Of a DNA stretch of 64,000 nucleotides, positions 18,694 to 25,975 are shown piece by piece (position 1 is the stretch's first letter; every line of letters begins with the position of its first letter). The stretch covers positions 1,674-65,673 of the forward strand of contig CALXNX010000002.1 of NCBI GenBank assembly GCA_944389865.1, in the 5' to 3' direction. Position numbers and translations under genes: made by a program. The notes below the pieces were generated by a model. That model was given only the letters and a program-made list of their open reading frames with translations, was not told the origin of the DNA and did no database searches. The stretch comes from an uncultured Succinivibrionaceae bacterium. Its GTDB lineage: Bacteria; Pseudomonadota; Gammaproteobacteria; Enterobacterales; Succinivibrionaceae.

Positions 18694-21600
18694 CTATTGG
18701 ATCTGCGCCTGCATGGGGGCAGCAGCCACCGCACTCAACGGTATTGCGGCATTTTCCTGCAGCTTATCTATAGTTGTTAAGAAAGACTGCAGCATCCCGG
18801 GCGCAGCTTCATCAAAGGTCTGAGCAAAAGCTGCTACAAACGGCGGCTCGTTCAATGCATTTCTTTCCAGAATGCCGTTTTTGACGATATACTCAATCAC
18901 CATATTGATGAAGCGCGACTGCAGCGGATTGAGCTGGTAGCTGCGCAGAAATTCAGCAAACAGCTCTTTGGCTGCCTGCTGGCTTAAGCCTGCAGTCCTG
19001 CGGATCAGCACGCCGACGTTCTGTCCTTTAAAAGCCTGCAGATACTCTTCCTTAGAGCCCAGATCCCGCCAGACGATAAGCTCCAAGTGAGCGATATCGC
19101 TGTCAGACAGCGGCTGGTTGTTGTGCAGCTTGCTGATCACGCCTTCATTCAGATGTTCAAGGATGTAATCCTTAAAACGTTGTTCGTAGGACTCAAAGTT
19201 TTCATCGGGGTATTTTTTAATCCCGTCCGAATCATACTCTTTAACTTCAAGCTGGTCGGTGAAATCTACAATTTTATAAAACTCAGGATCTGATGTAATA
19301 AAAAAGCACAAGTCCCGCAGATGTACTCTGATCTGCTCAAGCTGCGTTAAGTTAAGCTCTTTAAGAAAGTTTGCACTTAAAATGCAGTCAATCCACTTGC
19401 GCTGCCTTCCGATATCCGGGATCTCATCTTGTAATTTCCGCAGAGCTTTTGCGATAGCTTGAAGGCGCTTGTATAACATCGTCAGCAGTCCGCGATCCTT
19501 ATTATTGGAGCTTATAAAATACTCTAAGGAATACAGCAGATAATCAAAGCGCCGAGCCCGAATGTCATCCTTAAAATCAGCAGGAATGATCGCTCCCAAT
19601 TCTTTTGAGGCATGCTCAATGATCTCTGAGGTAAGGTTTTCATAGGCTTTAGGCTGCTTAAATTCTCGCACCGCCTGGGGGTGGTTCTGCGCCTGGAAGC
19701 TGTTCTCTGGGATAGCGCCGACTTTAGCTGCCAGATCAGAAATAGTCTTTTCAGCATAAGCCTGATAATCCTCCTGATGTTCAGACTGCTGCAGGCTGGC
19801 AAGCAGTTTCAGTCTGAGCTCGAAGGTAAGATGCTCCAGTGATTTGATCGCTTTAGTAGCGCGTCCCTGTGGATTGGTGTTGAAGTACTCAAAGTTGCCG
19901 CAGGCATCGATAATCAGGAAATGATCCTTGTCCTTTCCGTCAATCAGTCCCGGGCATTTGCGCGTGCCGCGGCCAATCATCTGCCAGAACTTGGCATAAC
20001 TGTAAACCGGCTTGTAAAACACCAGATTTAGGCATTCCGGCACATCGATGCCGGTATCGAGCATATCCACTGAGACTGCTATCTGCGGCATTTTAGACGG
20101 GTCTTTAAACTGGTCTATCAGGTTTTCACAGTAGCTGATCTGATTGTCGATCACCTTGCAGAATTCATTGCCCAGATACGGGTACTGCTGCAGGAAAACA
20201 TCGCGGATCACTTCAGCATGGCGGTGACTGCGTGCAAAGATGATTGTTTTGCCTATTTTATCGCCGTTATCGATTTTAAGACCGTTAGTCATCAGCTGAT
20301 CTAAAATCTGCTTAATTGTGTCCTGATTGAACAGCCAGTTATCGATAGCTCCGCTGGAGATCTCGGTGATCATGCTGCCATTTTCATTTGTAAGATCGGC
20401 AAAAGTCTCCTCCCACATTTCTTTTTCAGCCTCGGACAGATCGGCATACTTAATGCCGCTGCGCTGAAATCCGGTATTGAGCTTCAAGGTATGGAAGTCA
20501 ACTAAAACTTTGTCTTCTACTGCTTTTTTAAGCGGGTAATAGTAGGTAGGATTATCTTTGTCCTGATTAAATACTTTGTAGGTATTGATGTCGATGTCAT
20601 CCTTCGGGGTGGCAGTAAGGCCTACTAAGTAGGAGTCGAAATAATCGAAGATCTCGCGGTACTTGTTGTAAATCGACCGATGCGCCTCATCACAGACAAT
20701 AAGATTGAAGTGCCCCGAAGAGAACAAACGGCTGCCGTCCTCATTGCGGTTTTCATCAATGGTCCCGATCATGGTCTGATAAGTAGAGAACACAATGCGG
20801 GCACCCGGAGATCGGTCTTCAGGCTTGTCAGCACAGAGATTTGCCAGCGGGAAAGACTTCAGCTGCATTTTAGCCGCGCTGAAGGCCTGCGACACCAAGG
20901 CCTTGCGATCTGCCAAAAAGAGCACATTTTTAACCCAGCCCTTTTCACAGAGCACCTTGATTAGATTAAGCACAGTTAAAGTCTTGCCGCTGCCGGTTGC
21001 CATCACCAGCAGAGCTTTGCGGTATCCCTTACTGAAGCGCTCACAGACAGCATTAACAGCTTCAATCTGATAATAGCGGCAGAGCGGATCGAGGTTCAGA
21101 TCCTGCAGCTTCTGGCGATGACTGTAGTTATAGTGCAGGGTCTGCAGATCGCTTTTGGTGTAGAAGGACGATACCCGACGTTCATTGCCGTATTCAATTA
21201 AGATGATTTCATTGCCGTTAGTCAGGAAGACCGCAGGCTTGCGGCCGTACTTCTTTTCAAGGCACTCAGCATAGAGCATGGCCTGATGGCGGCCGACGGA
21301 CGGATCTGCGAAGAACTTTTTAGCTTCAATGACGGCAAGCGGAGTACCGTCGTTATCGAACATTACGTAATCTGCATAACCGATGCCGGCAGCGTTAGGC
21401 ATGCCGGAAACTTCATATTCAGTTAGGCAGTCAGAGCCGATTTTCCACCCGGCATCCTGCAGTCTTGAATCAATAAAGCGTCTGCGGGTTTCCTCTTCAG
21501 AAATATCGGTTTTAGGCGCCTGATACTTAGAGGCATGCTGTTCTCTGCGCTTAGTGAGTTCTTCAGCCAGAGTTTCCGGCACCGCTTTTTTTGCAGTCGC

Positions 21601-22251
21601 CGGTAAAGCTGACTGCGGCTGAGATATGCTGACTTTTGAATTATTGCTCTTAGAAGATGCTTTAAGCTGTTTTTGCGCTGCATTTGCATCGGCATCCGGC
21701 TTTGCCTGCACGGCTGCAGCTGATACTGCAGGAGCAGAGTGCTGTACCGGCTGTTTTGCTGCTGTCGGCTGAACCGCTGACTGTGGTCTTGAGGCTGCAG
21801 TTACGCCTGATCTCGGATTTAAAACTAGATCTTTATGAAAACGCCTGAAGGCCTGCCCGCTGCCGTAGATCTGATCAATCCAGTCCATGTACATGAACAG
21901 TGAATTTAAAGTAAATACAGCATCGCCAATGGTGAATTTGGTCGGATTGTGGGCGGCCTCGTTGCCTGCCTTACGGATGAAAAACAGGTGATTGGAGATG
22001 TTTTGGCCGATTAGCTGCCTGAAGTGGTAGTTTGAAGTAAGTTCATAGAAGCTGACACGATAGGGATCAGGCTGAATCCTGCGCAGTGAGTTATCAGCTG
22101 TATACAGCCATTTGGTGGCAGATTCAGCTGCAGAGCGACATCCCAGAATTGCGCCGGTAGGAAACTGCACTGCTGTGCTTTCTGCTTGGCAGGCTAGGTT
22201 AGCAAAGGCAGCGAAGTTAGGCTGCTTTAAAAGAAAGTCAAAATTGCCCAT
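18694..22251 (-). CDS. hsdR: Type I restriction enzyme R subunit, with an N-terminal DUF4145-like domain and an EcoEI-R-type C-terminal domain
   Basis: The PD-(D/E)xK-like nuclease region is GYADYVMFDNDGTPLAVIEAKK. The helicase motifs are LLVMATGSGKTLT (Walker A), LIVCDEAHRS (DEAH) and QMIGRGTR (motif VI). It is co-oriented with the adjacent hsdS and hsdM. Confidence 0.92.
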   Translation of the reverse strand: MGNFDFLLKQPNFAAFANLACQAESTAVQFPTGAILGCRSAAESATKWLYTADNSLRRIQPDPYRVSFYELTSNYHFRQLIGQNISNHLFFIRKAGNEAAHNPTKFTIGDAVFTLNSLFMYMDWIDQIYGSGQAFRRFHKDLVLNPRSGVTAASRPQSAVQPTAAKQPVQHSAPAVSAAAVQAKPDADANAAQKQLKASSKSNNSKVSISQPQSALPATAKKAVPETLAEELTKRREQHASKYQAPKTDISEEETRRRFIDSRLQDAGWKIGSDCLTEYEVSGMPNAAGIGYADYVMFDNDGTPLAVIEAKKFFADPSVGRHQAMLYAECLEKKYGRKPAVFLTNGNEIILIEYGNERRVSSFYTKSDLQTLHYNYSHRQKLQDLNLDPLCRYYQIEAVNAVCERFSKGYRKALLVMATGSGKTLTVLNLIKVLCEKGWVKNVLFLADRKALVSQAFSAAKMQLKSFPLANLCADKPEDRSPGARIVFSTYQTMIGTIDENRNEDGSRLFSSGHFNLIVCDEAHRSIYNKYREIFDYFDSYLVGLTATPKDDIDINTYKVFNQDKDNPTYYYPLKKAVEDKVLVDFHTLKLNTGFQRSGIKYADLSEAEKEMWEETFADLTNENGSMITEISSGAIDNWLFNQDTIKQILDQLMTNGLKIDNGDKIGKTIIFARSHRHAEVIRDVFLQQYPYLGNEFCKVIDNQISYCENLIDQFKDPSKMPQIAVSVDMLDTGIDVPECLNLVFYKPVYSYAKFWQMIGRGTRKCPGLIDGKDKDHFLIIDACGNFEYFNTNPQGRATKAIKSLEHLTFELRLKLLASLQQSEHQEDYQAYAEKTISDLAAKVGAIPENSFQAQNHPQAVREFKQPKAYENLTSEIIEHASKELGAIIPADFKDDIRARRFDYLLYSLEYFISSNNKDRGLLTMLYKRLQAIAKALRKLQDEIPDIGRQRKWIDCILSANFLKELNLTQLEQIRVHLRDLCFFITSDPEFYKIVDFTDQLEVKEYDSDGIKKYPDENFESYEQRFKDYILEHLNEGVISKLHNNQPLSDSDIAHLELIVWRDLGSKEEYLQAFKGQNVGVLIRRTAGLSQQAAKELFAEFLRSYQLNPLQSRFINMVIEYIVKNGILERNALNEPPFVAAFAQTFDEAAPGMLQSFLTTIDKLQENAAIPLSAVAAAPMQAQIQ

Positions 22252-22281
22252 AAAGTGACCTCGAAAACTTACTGTTATAGC

Positions 22282-23469
22282 CTACTCCAATATTTTGAGG
22301 ATTTGCTCAATGTTAGCTTTTAGTTTGTCGATATGTTTGATAATAACAGAATAATCATCTTGTAAATTAAGAGGAGGAATGGGAATTTGTGTTGAGCCTA
22401 TTTTTGCTTTATTTAAAGTTGATCCTTTAACTGCGGAAGAAGACACTTGTGACCACTTAAAGTAGGATAGAAAAGTTGACAGATATTGATTGCTTATATT
22501 CTGGTTTTTGGGTAAAAAAGCCATTATAGCTTCATTAGTAAATATTTCTTCATTAGTTATGATGGTTTTTCCTATTGATAACTTAAAGCTCATCAAAACT
22601 GTATTACTAGGAACAGGTTTGATTCCAGATTCATTAACTGCAATGTCAGAAATTTTTTCTTTTGTGTTAATACAGCAAGCATTAGCGTTATTTAGATCCG
22701 AAATAGATAACCATTTATGATGAGGTTTATCCCAATATAATTTATTTGCTCTAGATGGTGTTTTACCCATTTGTAAATTAAATAAATTAGAAATCTTATC
22801 TGTTGGCCATTTTTTACTATTTGCATTAATATCACCAAACAACTCGCTAAATATCGTATTTTTAAGTAATTCAACTTTTTCTAGTATTTGCTGAGCTATA
22901 AGTTTTAATTTGTCGATATGTTTGATAATAACAGAATAATCATCTTGTAAATTAAGAGGAGGAATGGGAATTTGTGTTGAGCCTATTTTTGCTTTATTTA
23001 AAGTTGATCCTTTAACTGCGGAAGAAGACACTTGTGACCACTTAAAGTAGGATAGAAAAGTTGACAGATATTGATTGCTTATATTCTGGTTTTTGGGTAA
23101 AAAAGCCATTATAGCTTCATTAGTAAATATTTCTTCATTAGTTATGATGGTTTTTCCTATTGATAACTTAAAGCTCATCAAAACTGTATTACTAGGAACA
23201 GGTTTGATTCCAGATTCATTAACTGCAATGTCAGAAATTTTTTCTTTTGTGTTAATACAGCAAGCATTAGCGTTATTTAGATCCGAAATAGATAACCATT
23301 TATGATGAGGTTTATCCCAATATAATTTATTTGCTCTAGATGGTGTTTTACCCATTTGTAAATTAAATAAATTAGAAATCTTATCTGTTGGCCATTTCTT
23401 ACTATTTGCATTAATATCACCAAACAACTCGCTAAATATGGATTTGACTAAATTTTTGCTATCGCTCAT
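22282..23469 (-). CDS. hsdS: Type I R-M specificity subunit (hsdS2) whose two target-recognition domains are almost identical
   Basis: The fold pattern is typical of HsdS (MGKTPSR..., conserved helices ending DKLK). Residues about 11-189 and about 206-384 are identical in the translation. It lies directly upstream of hsdR. Confidence 0.9.
   Translation of the reverse strand: MSDSKNLVKSIFSELFGDINANSKKWPTDKISNLFNLQMGKTPSRANKLYWDKPHHKWLSISDLNNANACCINTKEKISDIAVNESGIKPVPSNTVLMSFKLSIGKTIITNEEIFTNEAIMAFLPKNQNISNQYLSTFLSYFKWSQVSSSAVKGSTLNKAKIGSTQIPIPPLNLQDDYSVIIKHIDKLKLIAQQILEKVELLKNTIFSELFGDINANSKKWPTDKISNLFNLQMGKTPSRANKLYWDKPHHKWLSISDLNNANACCINTKEKISDIAVNESGIKPVPSNTVLMSFKLSIGKTIITNEEIFTNEAIMAFLPKNQNISNQYLSTFLSYFKWSQVSSSAVKGSTLNKAKIGSTQIPIPPLNLQDDYSVIIKHIDKLKANIEQILKILE
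22317..23439 (-). repeat. Near-perfect tandem direct duplication, period 585 bp (copy A about 22317-22854, copy B about 22902-23439)
   Basis: Identical 76-aa antisense ORFs at 22490..22720 and 23075..23305 fix the 585-bp offset. In my manual alignment of the ends I saw only two mismatches: g/a near 22323 versus 22908, and t/c at about 22814 versus 23399. Confidence 0.9.
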
Positions 23470-23481
23470 TGCAGTATTCCC

Positions 23482-24486
23482 CTAGGCAATGAATTTTCTA
23501 TGTGATTGTTTTACATTGGACTGATTTACCATTGCGTATTGCATGGTGGTATCAATTTGTGAGTGACCCAGCAATTGCTGTAATTGTTCAATTGGCATGC
23601 CTTTATCAATAGCCTTGGTAGCCAAGGTCCTTCTGAATTTGTGAGGGTGAGCTTTATTGATACCCAACCTTTTACCAAGGTTTCTAATCCTGATTTCAAC
23701 CCCGCTGATATTAAGTCGGCTGCATTTCTTTTGATTAAGTGAGATAAACAGGGCAGGGTTGTCGTCTGTCCTAGACTTTAAGTAATTGCTTAAGTGAATT
23801 TTAGTCCGCGCATCAAAATAAACTGGGCGCTGTTTGTTGCCTTTGCCTAAAACGACGCATTCGCGATTTTCAAAGTCAATATCTTCACGGTTAAGGTTTA
23901 CTAGCTCACCTACGCGCATACCTGTTGAAGCGAGAAGATCAATCATAGCTAAATCGCGCAAATTGCTGCACTCATCGCGCATTTTTTCTAAGGATTCATC
24001 ACTGTAGGTTTCTTTTACAACCTTCTGCTTTCTGATCTTATGGATGCGTCTGACCGGACTTTTAATAATGAAGTCTTCATCCTCAAGCCAAGCAAAAAAG
24101 GTTGACAGGATCCGACGTATATTGTCAATGTTTACCTTGGTGCAGGAATGTGTTTGTTCGTAATTACTTAAATAGGCACGCAGATCATCGGTAGTTGCTA
24201 AAGTAACCTTTTTACTGTTGCTATCTAAAAAGGTATTTAATGTGTAGCGGTAGTACTTTAAAGTACGTGGGCTGCAGCCTTCTACTTGCTTTGCATCTAA
24301 GAATTTATTTAAAAGGCTTTCATTAGAGTCATCATTGGTTCTGGTTGGTTCATTGACATCTATAGAATAAATTTTTCGGTTATGTAGTTTTTCCTGCAAA
24401 ACCTGACTAAGGATTTGTGACTGCTCTGCATTTAAGCAGCCAGACATAGCTTCTTGCACTTGATTGATAAACAGGGAGGTATTCAT
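23482..24486 (-). CDS. Tyrosine site-specific recombinase (phage integrase/XerD-like) embedded between two hsdS genes
   Basis: The catalytic pattern is present in order: STGMRVGEL (Arg), GKGNKQR (Lys), HPHKFRRT (His-x-x-Arg), LGHS (His), TMQYA (Tyr). An N-terminal SAM-like core-binding domain is present. Confidence 0.9.
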   Translation of the reverse strand: MNTSLFINQVQEAMSGCLNAEQSQILSQVLQEKLHNRKIYSIDVNEPTRTNDDSNESLLNKFLDAKQVEGCSPRTLKYYRYTLNTFLDSNSKKVTLATTDDLRAYLSNYEQTHSCTKVNIDNIRRILSTFFAWLEDEDFIIKSPVRRIHKIRKQKVVKETYSDESLEKMRDECSNLRDLAMIDLLASTGMRVGELVNLNREDIDFENRECVVLGKGNKQRPVYFDARTKIHLSNYLKSRTDDNPALFISLNQKKCSRLNISGVEIRIRNLGKRLGINKAHPHKFRRTLATKAIDKGMPIEQLQQLLGHSQIDTTMQYAMVNQSNVKQSHRKFIA

Positions 24487-24523
24487 AAACTTGCTCCATT
24501 AGTTGCTGTAGTTGTAAATTTTT

Positions 24524-25945
24524 TTAAGAAAACAATAAATTAATGAGCAAGTTTGAAATCTCAATAGTTTTAATCAAAATATATAGAAGTATTATATTTT
24601 GATTAAAACTATTGAAATTAAATTTTAGTTTGTCGAGTCTTTTAATAATATCAGCGAACTTATTTTGTAACAGAATAGGTGGTACCTTGATTTCTAAATT
24701 GCGTATTAATTCCTGACTTAAATTTTTTTGAACACCTCCTTTTAACTGAGATTGTAATATGTGTTCACTATTATTTAATGCATGGTATAGGTATATTGGA
24801 TTAAAAAGATTGCAAGGTAATATACAACATAAAGCCTGGTTAGTGGCTGCCTGTATTTTTAACAGACCTGCTTTTCCAGCAGTTCCTTTGCAGTACATTG
24901 CTACAACAACAGTGTTCTCAGGAACGAGTTTGGCTGATGAGTTTTTTAATCCTTCTTTAGTAATGTGTTTAAGTGCATGGTTTATATAGCCTTGGCTAAC
25001 TTCTGTGCTTGTTATCCATGGGATATTTCCATTTTCGTAATACTCTTTATGCGAAGTCGAAGGCGTTCCGCCAGAAACAGTATCAGTACATTCTGAGATT
25101 TTTTTTATTTGAAAATTATCACCATCAAAAAAATCATTGAATACAGTTTTTTGAATAATGCTAATTTTTTTACTAATCTGCTGAGCAATAAGTTTTAATT
25201 TGTCGCGCTGATTTACTATGTTTGCATATTTTAACTGCTTAGATTTATGTGGTACAGGAATTGTTAATTGTTTTAACAATTTGCTTCTAATGCCTATAAC
25301 AGTTGAACCTGATTTCTTTTGAAAAAGTTTTGATTGAAATTTTTTCGAAAGTAAAACATATTCTAAGAATGTTGAGTCTAATGATTCTTTATGAGGTTGT
25401 AATGTTATTATACGCTGTCCAACTCCAAATTTTGGTTTTAATTCTGCTATATTAGGAATTTTACAGACATTTCCTAAAGGAGCTTCAGTTGTAAACAAAA
25501 CATCTCCTATCTTAGGATAACCACGTTGCATAAACTTTTCATAAGTTTCAGGAGATATGAATTCTTGAGGCTCTGAAGTAAAGTGGTTGTTTTTAACGTT
25601 TTTGGCAGTAATCAGTCTGTAACCGAAATCTGATTTCTCAGGAGTCTTTCCTCTGTAATCAATAAATGTGCATACCTTTTCAAGAGTATAATAATTGTAG
25701 TTTCCATATCCAAACATCTCGTTAAATATGGATTTGACAATACGCTTGATTAAATATAATGTCCTATTATTTAGCTGATTTATATCAAAATAAAAGTTTT
25801 TTATTGAGTACTGTTGATTAAATGACATCATTGTCACCTGCTGGAGCAGATTACACTGAGCTTTTATATTTAGCGCAGTCAGTACGTCTATCTTTTTCAA
25901 GATGGGCGTTACTGATCTTTTTACTCGGGCAGTAAACATTGTCAA
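24524..25945 (-). CDS. hsdS: Type I R-M specificity subunit (hsdS1) with two different TRDs
   Basis: TRD1 contains IDYRGKTPEK...TTEAPLGNV. The central conserved region is RDKLKLIAQQISKK. TRD2 contains VSGGTPSTSH...NIPWIT. The C-terminal conserved region is LDKLK. The start is uncertain (25945, or Met-Met at about 25831), and the last roughly 30 codons read through a strong hairpin. Confidence 0.85.
   Translation of the reverse strand: MTMFTARVKRSVTPILKKIDVLTALNIKAQCNLLQQVTMMSFNQQYSIKNFYFDINQLNNRTLYLIKRIVKSIFNEMFGYGNYNYYTLEKVCTFIDYRGKTPEKSDFGYRLITAKNVKNNHFTSEPQEFISPETYEKFMQRGYPKIGDVLFTTEAPLGNVCKIPNIAELKPKFGVGQRIITLQPHKESLDSTFLEYVLLSKKFQSKLFQKKSGSTVIGIRSKLLKQLTIPVPHKSKQLKYANIVNQRDKLKLIAQQISKKISIIQKTVFNDFFDGDNFQIKKISECTDTVSGGTPSTSHKEYYENGNIPWITSTEVSQGYINHALKHITKEGLKNSSAKLVPENTVVVAMYCKGTAGKAGLLKIQAATNQALCCILPCNLFNPIYLYHALNNSEHILQSQLKGGVQKNLSQELIRNLEIKVPPILLQNKFADIIKRLDKLKFNFNSFNQNIILLYILIKTIEISNLLINLLFS
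24561..24615. repeat. Perfect inverted repeat: 20-bp arms, extendable to 23 bp, with a 9-nt centre
   Basis: tcaatagttttaatcaaaat (24561-24580) is the exact reverse complement of attttgattaaaactattga (24596-24615). Three further inner base pairs also match. It lies in the 3' tail of hsdS1, 75-130 bp upstream of the recombinase start. Confidence 0.9.
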
Positions 25946-25975
25946 GCATCCTTTAATTAATTTACATCGCAGAGC

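Noticed and set aside
22490-23305. Two identical 76-aa plus-strand ORFs (22490..22720 and 23075..23305)
   Set aside because: They are antisense shadows of the duplicated hsdS2 TRD. They are useful only as proof of the 585-bp repeat period.
23482-24486. Integrase as a marker of a prophage, ICE or integron
   Set aside because: There are no phage, conjugation or attC-cassette genes nearby, and no tRNA-adjacent att site. The gene is wedged between two hsdS genes with 12- and 37-nt gaps. This fits an R-M-associated recombinase rather than a mobile-element integrase.
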